A stretch of 64,000 nucleotides of DNA from the human T2T-CHM13v2.0 reference genome, Homo sapiens. Both the position numbers and the translations under genes were made by a program. The notes beneath the pieces were generated by a model that had not been told where the DNA came from, ran no database searches, and saw nothing but the letters and a program-made list of their open reading frames with translations. This document shows, in pieces, positions 29,400 to 44,293 of this stretch (position 1 is its first letter; each line of letters begins with the position of its first letter). The DNA lies in NCBI RefSeq assembly GCF_009914755.1, contig NC_060930.1; one strand, 5' to 3'.

Positions 29400-29645
29400 G
29401 TGGAATGCTGGAGTGCGTGTGCCCTGTCTAACATGTCCAGCTCCTCCTCAGCTCTGGCTGACTGCTGACATGCAGACCTACTGTTGCCAGATCTTCTGAT
29501 ATCCCCAGAAGCTGGAAATCCAGCTTTTTATGTGTTGGCAACTAATTAAAGTTTAAAAACCTGCACAGAGTAGGTAACACTATGGGGAGAGCAAAACTGT
29601 CTGTGGGTCAGATGCAGCAAGCTGACAGTTTGTGAACTCTTGTCT
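29400..29645. mobile_element. Probable ancient hAT-Charlie MER fragment
   Basis: tgttgccagatcttctgat..agaagctggaaatccag..tgttggcaactaatt..cagtttgtgaactct resembles old Charlie-family MERs. Confidence 0.4.
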
Positions 29646-30224
29646 ACAGTCTGAGGTTCAGAGAGCAGCCTTAATGAAAAGAGCAGAGAACTTTCACCCT
29701 AGAGATGAGAGAGGTGGTGAGTCTAATGCCATCTGAGATAGGAAGAAAGATGCTAATATTAACTTTGACTGGCCACTCTCTGCTGTTTTAATTCAATGAG
29801 AAGCTCAAATAATTTTTAAATCTGAAAGGTCAGTTTCTTGTTGATGTCCTCTTATAAAATTTTAAAGTTGAGAATTGTGCAACATTGCTTTTTATGGCTT
29901 AATATTATGTGCCAATTTTTGGAAGGCGGTCGGAAACTTCTTCCTTATGTACCAGTCAAACTTGACTTTCTGGCCTGATTCTTTTTCTACATTTTTTTTT
30001 TTTTTGTAGCAGAGTAAATATTACTATGACTTAATGTCCCAGCGATACTGAAATATATGCAGCACCATGAATATGCTGTGCAATCTTTTATCTTCAACCC
30101 TTTGTACCATTTGGTCCTGTTAGCACATGCTCAATTCCTACTGGCTCAGTTTAGATATAACTATACACCAGTCTTTCTTAAGCCCCTAAGGCTGTATTGG
30201 GTTCCCTCTTACTAAACTCTGGAA

Positions 30225-30420
30225 TAATGGCTCTCAGTGAGGCAGTACTGCCTCCTGTGGGGGATAGACTGAAAATTAATGGAGACTTTTGTGCTTAACA
30301 CAATGATTGAGGGTGTTACTGGAATTTTGTGGAGGAGGGACCAGTATGCTAATGTCATGTAATTCAAGAACAGTATCATACAATAAAGGATTGTCTCTCC
30401 AGATGTTTACACCGATGAAA
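30225..30420. mobile_element. MER20/MER5-like hAT fragment
   Basis: ggctctca..cacaatgattgagggtgttactgg..atgctaa..acaataaaggattgtc. Confidence 0.5.
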
Positions 30421-30454
30421 ATAAGAAAAAAAGAGAATTGCCTGCATTCACATA

Positions 30455-31070
30455 ACTTGTTAAAATTTGCACAAATTTATGGGGTACAAATGCAATTTTG
30501 TTACATGCATAGATTGTGTAGTGGTCAAGTAAGGACTTTTAGAATATCCATCACCTGAATAACATATATTGTACCCATTAAGTAATTTCCCATCATCTAC
30601 CCCCAGCCCACTCCCTCCCCTTTCCAAGTCTCCGTTGTCTGTCATTTCACTTTCTACATCCACATATACACATTTTTAGTACCCACTCATGAGTGAGAAC
30701 ATGTGATATTGCACTTTCTGTGTCTAGCTTGTTTCACTTAACACAATTACTTTTATTAATAGTTCTATCCATGTTGCTACAAAAAACATGGTTTCATTTT
30801 TTTTGGCTGAATAATATTCCATTGTGTGTATATACCACATTTTCTTTTCTAATCATCCATTGATGGACACTTAAGTTGATCCTGTATCTTTGCTATTGTG
30901 AGTAGTGCTGTGACAAACAATGAGTGCAGGTAGCTTTCTGATACACTGATTTTTTTTCCTTTGGGTAGATACCCAGCACTGGGATTGCTGGGTTGAATGA
31001 TAGTTCTATTTTTAGTTCCTTGTGAAATTTCCATGCTGTTTTCCATAGACATTGTACTAATTTACATTCT
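30455..31070 (-). mobile_element. L1MA 3' end fragment
   Basis: Antisense 3' UTR and ORF2 end (HSLFVTALLTIAKIQDQLKCPSMDD). Confidence 0.85.
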
Positions 31071-31369
31071 TTTGTGGATGAAAGCTTGCTCACTTAAATT
31101 GTGTGCTGCCTGGGTAAGGCACATCACCTGGAAGGGGTTGTGTTCTGAGGAAAAGGTGATGGGAGCAAAGACTGGATTCGACTTCTCTCCCTGCAGGGTT
31201 ATATATGGCAGAAAGGTCACATCTGGGGAACTGGGGCCTATGAAGCCTGGCTCTGTGTGTGGCCCAGCTGTTGAGGAACTAGGAAGCAACCACTGATCTT
31301 GTGCCTCTTCTGTAGACTATGTGGGTTTGTTTTCCTTGAACAAGTTCACCTCATGAGGTAACCTCATGA

Positions 31370-31506
31370 GAGACTCTGATCCAGATCCACTTAGCTGAGC
31401 CTCTCCCAGGGTCCTGACAGACAGAAAGTGTGAGATAAATAAATGTCTGTTGTTTTAGGCTGCTTAATTTTGGGACAATTTGTAACAGCGATAGATAACC
31501 AATACA
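31370..31506 (+). mobile_element. MLT1 LTR 3' portion (may extend upstream to ~31075)
   Basis: acagaaagtgtgagataaataaatg..aattttgggacaatttgtaacagc..ataaccaataca. Confidence 0.65.
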
Positions 31507-33938
31507 TACTAGTTAACAATTCTGTATATTTTTCCTGTTCAAATTGCTGGTTTGCTTTCTGTTTCCTGACTGACATAAACATGGAAATAAACATAAAAGA
31601 AATTTTAAAAATAATAATAAGGTTTACTAGGAGGAAAAATCTCAAACTACTTTAAGTTGGAATATTGATATTATTTATGAGTTCAGATAAAATAGCACCA
31701 AACTAAAGTGATTATTTCTATGTATCAATCTGTTTAAGGGTAATTTTATGTGCTCTATATCTATGAAATTTGATAAATAAATTTCTTTATGTCAGTAAGA
31801 AATTCAATTTAATTAAATCACTTTTTAGACTCTCAAAAGGAGAAACATATTAAAAAAGACATGTTTTATATGCATATATTTTAAAAAGACATATATATGT
31901 ATACACACATATGTACACACACATCTGTGCACACACCCATATAAAATGAAGAAAACACCAAGTTCCAATATCAATCCTTTAAGTAAAAACATATTTGTTC
32001 TTAACATAAAGTGAAGTATCTGAGTTATACAACATGTATCAGCTCGTAGGCTTTAACAGACTGTCGGTGTTTTACCCTACACAGCCTATCTTTTGATATC
32101 AGGTGTAAAGTTACTGATAGCTCTAACATCTGACTTTTGCACTGTGGCCAAAAAATGGCTTTCGGGGCTGAGGTCCTGGACCTTACAAGTTAAATAGTTT
32201 ATTTTTGAGAGGATGGAAGTTTAATTTTATAGTTTCTGCAGAACTGGAAGCCCTTCATTAAAAATGACTCTGGCTATTTATTCACTAGTCATTCCAAGCC
32301 TGTGAAATAATCACCCTTCCAATCATAAGCAAGTAAGGGGGTGACCATGAAGTCAGCTATTTGTTGGACTTCAGGTAGCTGAGAAAGTCAGAGATTGGCT
32401 ACGGCTATTTGTAACACTGGTTTCCATTACAAGATGGCATAGAAAGCAATAATTTAAGATTACCAAAGAAAAATTTCAAGGATTTATGAAAGAATATGGT
32501 GGTAAATCAGAGTATAAGTAAATTGCCAAAGATGAGTCTAGTAAGTGGTGGAGCTGAGATTTAAATTCAGGTGCTCTGGCTTTAAAGTCCTTGTTCTTAA
32601 TAGGTATAGGTATTTAGGGAAAGGAATATCAGGGGATGTAAGGTAGAGAATGATGTATCCCTTAAGGCCTGACTTCCTGCATGAATCCTTGTTGAATAAT
32701 TTTAGCTGGATGTAATCCCTCCCAGCTCTGAACAACTCTAACTCATAGTGTCCATTCCAGTACTCCTGTGATATTTTTCATAAATGGCAACATAATACAG
32801 TTATTTCTGTATACAGCTTATAAATTGAGATTTATTTAAGTTATTCAAAAAATTTCGTGCATAATTTGAAGTTTTACAAGTCAAATTTTAAATAGATTGT
32901 TGAGATTTCTATATATAGCAACTTCGACAAAATTACAAGTAGGTACAGCATTAGGTGGGTCAATCCCGTTTTTAGGAATTCATTTTACAGATATACTTGC
33001 AAAATGATAGATGTACAAGGTTATTCTTTGCAGAATTGTTTGTAATAGCAAAAAACTGATGATGCATCTCTAGGAGTCATAAATGTTTTTCCTCAAATAT
33101 TTACATTTCTTCCCCCCTGGGTGGGATTGCCTTTCTTGACTCTTTTATGGCTGGATAGGGCCATGTGATGAGTTGTGAACAGAAATATGTGTCTCATTTT
33201 GAGGTCAGGGCATTTAATAGGCAGGGTGGGGCCCTCTAGAACTTTTTCTTCTCTGCCACAGTAACTGGCAATGTTTGAGATGAAAACTGTTCCATTAGCC
33301 CGGGTCAGACATGATATGGAATAGAATACCAGGTCAAAACTGCCACTGACATGTAGCATGAGTGTAAAATGATCCTTTGTTTTTAAAAAAACCACAAATA
33401 TTTTGTCATTGTAGTGAAGCTCAAAAAACCTTTGTAAAGTCAAAGTAGCAGCTTCGTATTGAGGAGTTCTCAGGAATAATGGAAGAAATTTGCAAAGAAA
33501 TCTTTATTAGGATGGGTTTCCAGGTATCCCTTAAACAATTCACAATTAGGCTATTAATAAGGCCTCAGATAAAATAGGAGTACTGAAAGCTTTTGCAGTT
33601 TATCAAATCCTAATCTGAGCAAAATCTAGAAGTTGAAAAGATGTAAGAAAATGCATTAATTTGTGTTCTTTGTAATTTGAAGTTATCTAAATTGAATAAT
33701 TATTTTCAGAATGTACCTTTCATTTAAAATTATTCATGGTGTTTTACTTGCATGTTTCTTATAGTTGTACTAAATGATGTGTGTTAGTCATGTGACACCA
33801 ACTGACAGATTCAGACTATGCAGGTAAGCAATTGATCTTACAAATTTATTAAGGTGTCTGACATACTTGTGTAGAAACACAATAGAATACAAACCTTAAT
33901 TAATGTGTAGGAGTTTTTTATGTTTAAAGAAGTGTTGT

Positions 33939-34238
<300 letters not shown>

Positions 34239-34520
34239 TTAAGTGGTTAATTTTAGGGGCCTCATTTTAAGCATAAGGAAATCATTTTGCCTTAAAAGAA
34301 GAGAATAGTTTTCTCTTATTCACATTTTTATATACATTAATCATTATCCCAACGATGGTCAATTACCAGTTTGTTCCTTTTTCCCAGCTCATTAACTCTG
34401 AGGCTTATTTTTTTTTCTAGATTCTAAATATTCATCATGTTCAAATCAGCTTTGTGCTGCTTTCTCTGAATCACTTTTTATTTTAGTTTGAGCTTTCAAA
34501 CTCCTGTTTCATACCCGGCA

Positions 34521-34568
<48 letters not shown>
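34521..34568 (+). repeat. Compound tetranucleotide STR (TCTG)7(TCTA)5
   Basis: Counted directly. Confidence 0.95.
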
Positions 34569-35937
34569 AGAACATGAAACTGCTGTTTGATTGAAAATAT
34601 TGATAAAGGCAATCGAGCCAAACCCATTTTCCTCTGCAGGCTACTTCCTGTACTCAATTGTCATGAACAGCATGGTGGGCTCACTGCTTTCAGTAATTAT
34701 TAAACTGGTTCTTTCCTTTCCCTTAGAACTCTCACTAGGGTGTGAGGATAGCATTGGGCTTTTATATGGGAATGGAAAATTCCAGCTGCATTATGCATGT
34801 CATACAAAGCAGGGCATCAACACCTTTTCTGGATCTTTCCTGTTTTCCTTGATTTAAAGCCATTTTTTTTAATGAGGTCAGTGGGTATAGTCAAGTGACA
34901 CAAGAAAGTTTCTTAATGATATAGAAACAGAATTTTAAAACCTGTAACAACAACATCAACAAAATCAAACCATGTTTGATATCCTCATTGCAATAAAAAA
35001 AAATCAAACCAATATAACAGGTTGTTAAATCAAATGCACATTTAGAAATTGTTAGTTATTTCTGGGAAAATCAAACGTTCTTAAAAGTATTTTTGTCTGT
35101 ATTTATGCTCTGTGATCTCATTTGTAGGGAATTGCTAAGCCATATACATTTACCAGAAGGAAATTCTTTTTTTTGTACAGGTTAAAAAAAAACTGTATTT
35201 CAGCAATTTGAGTAGACACTTAGAATAGATGATTAGAAAATCCTACATTCATTCTTGGCTCAGAAAAAGGGGAATATGTAAATAGTAAAGATTATATTAT
35301 CCATTTCTGCATTTTCTATTTACTAGTGTTTCATTTGGACTTTACTATTTCTTGACAACTCAGTTTCTTTTTCTGACCACCTCTAGGGGGTAATTTAATG
35401 TAAATTATCTTTTGGTTGAATGGCATACAGACCACCATACAAGAAAAATTACATCAAATGACATTATGCAGTTAAAATGATTAATGTCTAATGTAAATGT
35501 GGTGGAATTTGCCTCTGTTCCTATGATCAACCTGAATGCAGTTATTGTCTGTGATTTTCTTCTCTTAAGGTCTGTGGGGCATTATATTGTGATTCTTGTT
35601 TGAAGGCAGAAAAAATGAAGAGGGCACAGATCAACCTTTTATAATGAATATTACGTTCTGAAGTTCTCCATCTGCTCTCAGGCCACAGCTGTGTGTTTGG
35701 GAAGATGCAGAATAAGACAGTCAGAAGTGCACCACCTCACATACCTACACCTACTTCTCTCAGTTCACAGTGATTCCAGTTTGCTTGATCAAACACATGA
35801 ATAAGAAACCTGGTTAGCATGTTCAACTTGACACCACCTTAATAAATACCTAGTTCTATTTCAAAATTTGGTCACATTTTTCTTCATGAACTTGGATCGT
35901 CTTTTACCTCAATTGGTGTCTCAAGTCTTTGTTTCTT

Positions 35938-36294
<357 letters not shown>

Positions 36295-36345
36295 GTCTTT
36301 GTGTCTTATTCTTCTTAACATGCCTGAGAAGAGCTATCTTTCCCA

Positions 36346-36640
36346 GGGTGGGTGCAGTGGCTCATGCCTATAATCCCAGCACTTTGGAAAGGCACAGCAG
36401 GAGGATTACTTAAGTCCAGGAGTTTGAAACCAGCCTGGGCAACATAGTGAGACCCTGTCTCTGCAGAAAATGAAAAAAATTAGCTGGATGTGGTGGTAAG
36501 TACCTGTAGTCCCAGCTACTTGGATGGCTAAGGTGGGCGGATTGCTTGAGCCTGGGAGATTGAGGCTGCAGTGAGCCATGATTGCACCCTGCACTCCAGC
36601 TTGGATTACAAAGTGAGACTGTCTCAAAAACAGCAAAAAT
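36346..36640 (+). mobile_element. AluJ
   Basis: Diverged dimer with AluJ features (gggcaacatagtgagaccc). Confidence 0.9.
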
Positions 36641-37829
36641 TTATGCTTCCTTTTCTCTGCTTTGAATCAGCACACTATAAAGAAACTATTTCTGTTCTTT
36701 GGTATTGTATGCATCTATGGCTTGTATAGATATAAGGTGGATTGTGATATATTCTGACATTAATTAGCTGGTCGAGATTATAAAGTATGGACACACCCCT
36801 GTAGGTAAGATCTCCCATTAACGTTGTAAAGACAGGTAGTGGGTCCTTAATAGAAAGTCAGTGCATGCAAGGCAAACCTACAGCAGGTAAAAAAGGGAGT
36901 TTTGAGAATTCAAGGACAGTAGATATTTAGGCAAAAACTTTTTTGTTGAAGGGATGAAGGTAGAGAGGGTCACCAAGCTGGCATCTACCACATAGACTCA
37001 GAACGCATTGAATTCTCCCAGTTCTAGATATTCACTTGCCTCTTGTAGTTAGATTTTTTAGTTTAGTTATTGTTATATCTGATTCATTACTGAAGCCTCA
37101 TTCCAGATTTTTCCCAATTAACCTATAGTGTCCACCTTGGGCAAGAGTTTTATGTGGGGAGTAACCCTCAAAGAGATGGTAAATTTGGTGGGGGAACATA
37201 AATTATATGCCTTCCCCACTTCCTTCGCAGCCTATCTGGAGATTCATATATAGCAGCTCCACTGAATGGTGAGCTCTGATAGAGGTCAGGGCACGCAGTG
37301 ATTAACACAGTAAACCAGTATCAAGTAAAAAATACACGTTTGAAACCTTGAAACCATCTAGAATTCTCTCTTTTCCACATTTCCTGTATCCAATTAAATT
37401 CTTGAATATTCTTCATTCTACCAGAGTTTGGGGTTAAAATGAACAGGACTTTATGTGTATCAGATAGTGTAACAGTTATTTCTATTAAGCCTCTATCCCA
37501 CTAATATGGAAATTATAACTTAAACTTCTCAGTTAAAGGTGATTCAGTTTCTTCTTGTTTAAAAAAGTTTTGGAGGGGGGAAGGGTTTTAAAATAGTCTC
37601 TTTTAGGTAAGTCATTAGACTTTCTGGGTTCTTTCTTTTTTCCCTTATTCCTTGCTAAACTGGTGTATGTATATGTATTAGCCCATTTTCGCACTCCTAT
37701 AAAGAACTTCCCTGAGACTGGGTAATTTATAAAGAGGTTTAATTGACTCACAGTTACACATGGCTTGAGAGGCCTCAGGAAACTTATAATCATGGTGGAA
37801 GAAGAAGGAGGTCTTACATGGTGATAGAT

Positions 37830-37869
<40 letters not shown>

Positions 37870-38083
37870 GGAAGAGCCCCTTATAAAACCACCAGATCTC
37901 ATGAGAAATCACTCACTATTATGAGAACAGCATGAGGGAAACTGCCCTCATGATCCAATCACCTCACACCAAGTTCTTCCCTCAACACCTGGGGATTACA
38001 ATTCAATATGAGATTTGGGTGGAGACATAGAGCCTAACCATATCATTCCACCCTTTGGCCCTCCCAAATCCCATGTCCCTTTT

Positions 38084-38399
<316 letters not shown>

Positions 38400-39391
38400 C
38401 CATGTTCCTTTTACATTTCAAGCCTCCTCAACAGTCCCCCAAAGTCTTAATTCATTCCAACATTAACCCAAAAGTCCAAGTCCAAAGACTTATCTGAGAC
38501 AAGGCAAGTTCATTTTACCTATGATCCTGTAAAATCAAAAGCAAGTTAGTTACTTCTAGATACAATGTGGGTACAGGCATTGGGTAAATGTTCCCATTCC
38601 AAATGAGAGAAATTGGCCAAAACAAAGGGGCCACAGACCTCATGCAAGTCTGAAATCCAGAAGGCAGTCATTAAGCCCTAAAGCTCTGAAATTATCTCCT
38701 TTGACTATATGTCTCAAATCTGGGGCACACTGATGCAAGGGGTGGACTCCCATGGCCTTCGGCAGGTCCCTCACGGGCTGTTGAGTGCCTGTGGCTTTTC
38801 CAAATATACAGTGTAAGGTGTCAGTGGATCTACCTTTCTGGGGTCTGGAGGACAGTGGCCCTCTTCTTACAGTTCCACTAGGCAGTGTCCCAGTGGGGAC
38901 CCTGTGTGGGGGCTCCAATGCCACATTTCCCTTCCAAACTGCCCTAGCAGAGGTCCTCAATGAGGGCTCCACCCCTGCAGCAGACTTCTGCCTGGACATC
39001 AAGTGTTTCCATACATCCTTTAAAATCCAGGCAGAGCTTCCCAAACCTGAATTCTTGACGTCTGTGTACCTGCAGGCTCAACTGTTGAACCTGCCAAGGC
39101 TAGGGGCTTGCACCCTCTGAAGCAACAGCCTGAGCTGTACCATGGATCCTTTTAGCCATGGCTGGAGCTGGAGAAGCTGGGATGCAGGGAGGCAGGGTAC
39201 TAAGTCTTGAGGTTGCACACAGCAGTGGGGCCCTGGGCCCAGCCCATGAAACCATTTTTTCCTTCTAGGCCTCCAGATCTGTGATGGGAGGGGCTGCTGT
39301 GAAGGTCTCTGTCATGCCCTGGAGACATTTTCTCCATTGTCTTGGCTATTAACTCATTACTCAGGCAAATTTCTGCAGTCAGCTTGAATTC

Positions 39392-39755
39392 TGTGATGGT
39401 TAATACTGAGTGTCAACTTGATTGGATTGAAGGATGCAAAGTATTGATCCTGGGTCTGTCTGTGAGGGTGCTGCCAAAGGAGATTAATGTTTGAGCCAGT
39501 GGGCTGGGAAAAGCAGGCCCACCCTTAATCTGGGTGGGCACCATCTAATCAGCTGCCAGTGTGGCTAGAATATAAGCAGGCAGAAAAATGAGACTGGCCT
39601 AGCCTCCCAGCTTACATCTTTCTCCCATGCTGGATGCTTCCTACCTTCGAACATTGAACTCCAAATTCTTCAGTTTTGGAACTCAGACTTGCTCTACTTG
39701 CTCCTCAGCCTGCAGATGGCCTATTGTGGGACCTCATGATTGTGTGAGTTAATAC

Positions 39756-39808
<53 letters not shown>

Positions 39809-40101
39809 TCCTTTAGTTCTGTCCCTCTAGAGAACCCTAATAGGGAGTCCTAATTGAGGAAGCAAAAGGATAATATCTACCGTGATGCAAACACACAAAA
39901 GCATATACTATTAGAGCAGATACACAGATGAGAAAGAGAAAGTAGCCAAATGTTACCACTCCTTGGCTCTCCTTGCTCCTCAGCTTGCAGACGACCTATT
40001 GTGGGACCTTGTGATCATGTGAGTTAATACTTAATAAACTTCCCTATATATGTATATGTATCCTATTAGTTCTGTCCCTCTAGAGAACCCTGACTAATAC
40101 C
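39392..40101 (+). mobile_element. MLT2A (HERV-L) LTR with duplicated 3' end
   Basis: tgtgatggttaatactgagtgtcaacttgattgg...ctagagaaccctgactaatac; TSD aattc/aattt. Confidence 0.88.
39759..39800 (+). repeat. (AC)21 microsatellite
   Basis: Counted directly. Confidence 0.95.
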
Positions 40102-40215
40102 AATTTCTCCCCAGAAGATGGGTTTTTATTTTCTACCATGTGATCAGACTGCAAATTTTCCAAACTTTTATGCTCTGCTTCCCTTTTAAACATAAGTTCC
40201 AATTTTAGACCATCT

Positions 40216-40925
40216 TTTTACAGGTAGTTAGGGATGAGTGGGGCAGGGAGGGCTCTCCCCCTACCCACTAGAAATGTCAGGTGATGGTTCAGAAATTACC
40301 ACATTTCCACTCTAAAAATGATACTTTGGCAGCACCAGGGAGAAGCCATTTCTTGATGGCCCGCACCTGTTAACATCAAAATGTTAATAGAATGCTGGCC
40401 CCCAGGGAGAAGCAAGTTCCTGGGCATGCGTGTTAAGGGACAAAATGGTGAAGTATGGTCTTCCAGGGGCACATTCCACCAGAAAAGGGAAGAAATCCTC
40501 AGATGGGCATGAGTATAACTCTGTAAACACATTGTGTGTGCTCAGTTCCAAAGGGTAAGGAAAGTACTGGGCATGCAGAAAGCCCACCCTAAGGGAAGAA
40601 TCATGGGAAAGTGGTGAGCCTATGAAGTCCTAGGATTAAGGCTAAAGGCCCTTTTTTTGGCTGTCTTCTTTTGCTCTCTTTTCTCTCTTGGAGCTTCAGG
40701 CAACTGCTTGGGTCTCTTTCAAGTGAATTTTCCTTTCTTTCTATTCCAAGGCCTTTTAAAATAAACTTCCATTCCTGCTCTGGAACTTGCCTCAGTCTCT
40801 TTTTCTGCTTTATGCATCTCAGTTGAATTGTTTCTTCTGAGGCGTTAAGGACTGAAGTTGCTACAGACCCACGTGGGCAGGCCACTGGTAACCTGGGGTA
40901 ACTCGGATTTCTTCCACTGGTAACA
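40216..40925 (+). mobile_element. ERV1 solo LTR (MER50-like)
   Basis: ttacaggtagttagg...cactggtaaca, internal AATAAA, 4-bp TSD atct. Confidence 0.8.
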
Positions 40926-41261
40926 ATCTCTCTCAAGTTCAAAGTTCCACAGATCTCTAGGGCAGGGGCAGAATGCCACCAGTCTCTTTGCTAAAGCATA
41001 GCAAGAGTAACCTTTGCTCTAGTTCCCAATGAGTTCCTCATCTCCATCTGAGACTACCTCAGCCTGGACCTAATTGTCCATATCGCGATGAGCAATTTGG
41101 TCAAAACCATTCAACAAGTCTCTAAGAAGTTCGAGACTTTCCCACATTTTTCTGTCGTCTCCTGAGCCCTCCATACTGTTCCAACATCTGCCTGTTACCC
41201 ACTTCCAAAGTCGCTTCCACATTTTCATGCTATCTTTAGTGGTACCCCACTCTACTGGTAC

Positions 41262-42229
41262 TGAAGCAGGATATTTTTCTGACCCCTTCATGGGACTCAT
41301 GACAAGGGCATCCCATTTACTCAGTCCATAGCTCTAAACTCTTCTCAGGAGGGAGCACATGAGCAAATGAGGCAGGAACTGGAGTACATGAGAGCTGAAG
41401 TTAGCCAGACACTCTGACACTGGCAGGAGCAAACTTCATTCACTTGAACCTGCTGTGTTCTGCCCCTTGTGGGAAGGGGCATGCAGGTAAGTGAGTGCAG
41501 AGCTGGAGTGAGTGCTTTTAGGCACTGGCAGGAGCCAAATTCATGCTGGCCCCACTGCAGCATCTACAGTGGGGGTGCCTGAAACCGCAGAGGAAGTGTT
41601 ACATGCTTTTTTTAGCTCTGCTGTCTGCAGACAGCTTAAGAGTTAATGGCTCAGTGGGCCCTCTGCCATTTTGCATGAGGTAGCTGCCTTCTGCAAGGGA
41701 AGGCAAAAGGCAAGTGTGACAGTGTTTTTGTGTCTACACTTGTGGTTCCTGAGATCTTGCTCAGAATCCAGGAGAAAGGAGGGCACATGAATAAATTGAA
41801 GATTGGTAAATGTGGGGGATTTTATTGTTAAGGAAAGTGGCTCTCAGCAGGAAGGGGAGCTGAAAAGGGGAGGAGGTGGGAAGGTAATCTCCTGAAGCCT
41901 CACCCACTTTGGCTGGATCCTTCTTTGAAGTTATGCCATCAAGCTGTCCCTCTGGTCTGATGTTCCACTTCTGTCTGATGTTCAGCTGTAGTCTCCAATG
42001 TCCAGCTGCTTCTCCTACCTCTGCTGGCTGGGTCTGGGGTTTTTATAGGCACAGAATGGGATGGAGTGGGGCCATGAGAGGTTTTGGAAAAGGTAACATT
42101 CAAGCAGGAAAACAGAGATCCAAGTTCTCACTTTGGGCCACAGTCTCAGGCTTTTTGACTTGATGGTGGGGCCTTTATCAGGGATCCGCCCTCTTCTGCC
42201 CATAATTTCTCTGCCTCATGTCTATATCA
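41262..42229 (-). mobile_element. ERV1 solo LTR (MER52/LTR27/LTR28 group)
   Basis: TG...CA ends (tgaagcagg...tatatca), 4-bp TSD gtac. Confidence 0.75.
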
Positions 42230-42843
42230 GTACTAATTCTCTGTATTATCCCATTCTCACACTGCTATAAAGAACTTCCCTGAGGCTGGGTAGTTTATAA
42301 AGGAAGGAGGTTTAATTGATTCACAGTTCTGCATGGCTGGGGAGGCCTCAGGAAACTTACAATCATGGTGGAAGGGAAAGCAGACACATCTTACATGGTG
42401 GCAGGTGGGAGAGAGAGAGAGAGAGAGAACCCACTCACTATCAGAAGAACAGCATGGAGGAAACTACCTACATTATTCAATCACCTCTCACCAGATTCCT
42501 TCCTCAACACCTGGGGATTACAATTGAAGATGAGATTTGAGTGGGAACACAAAGCCTAACCATATCAGTGCATATGGTGGATTTTTTATGACCATGTAAA
42601 GGTAAAAGAAAGAGAAACTTGGATCTATGCACAAAGGTTCAAAACTTCCTCTGGATCATTACTGGCTTTGGTTGAGTTGTGTTGTTCTTTGTCTGATACA
42701 GATTGTCTTCTGACCTCACTGAGTTTTCTTGAGCAAATTATCCCACTTTGTCTTTGTGTACTGGCATTCATTGCTTACAGCTCTGGATATTGCCTCAGGC
42801 ATCAGGATTAGCCACCTACTTCCAAGCTTCAGCCTGTGCTTCT

Positions 42844-42845
<2 letters not shown>

Positions 42846-42896
<51 letters not shown>
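42846..42896 (+). repeat. (ATT)17 microsatellite
   Basis: Counted directly; source of the poly-Ile and poly-Leu ORFs. Confidence 0.95.
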
Positions 42897-43937
42897 TTGG
42901 CTGTTTGTTCTCTTGGGGACTCGTGGGAACTTCTGGATCTTCCCCCACCACAGCCAAGCTGTAGAGAACCAGCAATAACAGCCCTAGCTATCAGTCTGGA
43001 TCCTCTCCTTTGGCCATACTATGCAAATTATCCCTAGGCTTGGTAGATATGGTTTGGTGCTGGATGTGGGATTTTCTCTGATGGTCTTACAGACTCTTCT
43101 AGGCTAAACCTGCAAAACAGGCCATTAGCTCCAAGGTACTTAAATTCTTCCTTATGGCATCCTTCTCTCTAAGCATTCAACTTTTGCATATCTCTTTCTT
43201 CTTCCACTTTTTTTTGTATATGCCTTTCTACTTCTTCCTGCCTGACCAAGCCTTCATGTATTTCATATACTGAATTCCTATTTCCTGTCTCTTATTGTAA
43301 ACCTCAATGTTCAGACTTGTAGATTTTGGTTTACCTATGTAAAAGGATATTTTTATTTTGTGTTTAAATTTAGAAACCTTCTATTTTTAAGTAAATACTA
43401 TTATTTTGTGAGAACTAAGAAAAGAAGACAGCTTTGAGACTCAACAAAGTTGAATAGTGTCCCCTTGCCCTAACTGGTATCTCCTTACCCCATGGAAAAA
43501 TGGATGTCAGTAATTCTAAAGGTGGGAATATATAGCTGAGAAAATACATCTGAAGATACTCCAGACGTTCTTCCCATTATATCTGGGTTACTTTGTCTCC
43601 ATTTTTACATCTTTGATTTCATTCTCTATGTTGCTGCTAGGATGTTTTTAAAAAAACACAAATCTGCTTATATTGCTTTCTTGCTTGAAATTCTTCTGTG
43701 GATTTCATAGTACATTTAAGACTCTTAGCTTATAGTTTTTGTTCACTCCAGTTCTTCTTTCTGATATGCCTTCCTCATTGTTCTCCATTTTTCTTAATTT
43801 TTATTGTTTCCCAGGTTCCTTCTTGAGTTCTTCCTTGGTAAAGTCTTCTTTGGCCATCTCTACTCACAGGCATCACTCTCTTTTCTGAGCTCCTGTAGAA
43901 GAAAGTCTGGTAGACTTACTAGGAGATGATCAAAGTA

Positions 43938-44066
43938 TAGGATGGCCACTTAAGTTATTGTCCATGTTGGACACTTTTGAATGGAAAAATGAGTTTGTTA
44001 ATTATTTTGCAGTAATAGGCATAAACTGAAAATCTTCAAGGCAAACCAGGATGCACAGTCACTTTA
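43938..44066. mobile_element. MER94-like hAT-Blackjack MITE
   Basis: Degenerate TIRs taggatggcca / gtcacttta; internal ggacacttttga and ggcaaaccagga. Confidence 0.65.
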
Positions 44067-44074
44067 ATTAATGA

Positions 44075-44250
44075 GACTCCTGGCTTGTAATTTGTTAACT
44101 GTGTGTCCTGGGTTGATAGGGTTAATTTTTCAAGTCCTCCATTTTCTCATCTGTGAGCATAATATGCTTCATTGAATGTATCAAACAGTATTTGAGTATT
44201 TGTGAAATACTTATATTAGTGATAAGGCACTATGTAACTATAAGGAATTA
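44075..44250 (+). mobile_element. MIR fragment
   Basis: actgtgtgtcctggg..ttttctcatctgtga core-like sequence. Confidence 0.5.
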
Positions 44251-44293
44251 TCACCAACTACTTGACACCATTATATATAATCTTATATGGTAT

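Noticed and set aside
29975-30012. Strong polypyrimidine tract plus AG (acceptor-like)
   Set aside because: No convincing downstream donor or open frame; poly-T tracts are common here
34591-34857. 88-aa hydrophobic ORF; passing resemblance of YFLYSIVMNSM to the VMP1 C-terminus
   Set aside because: Non-ATG start; the resemblance is only a few residues and does not extend, so no gene call
42729-43037. Poly-Ile and poly-Leu membrane-like ORFs
   Set aside because: Translation of the (ATT)17 microsatellite
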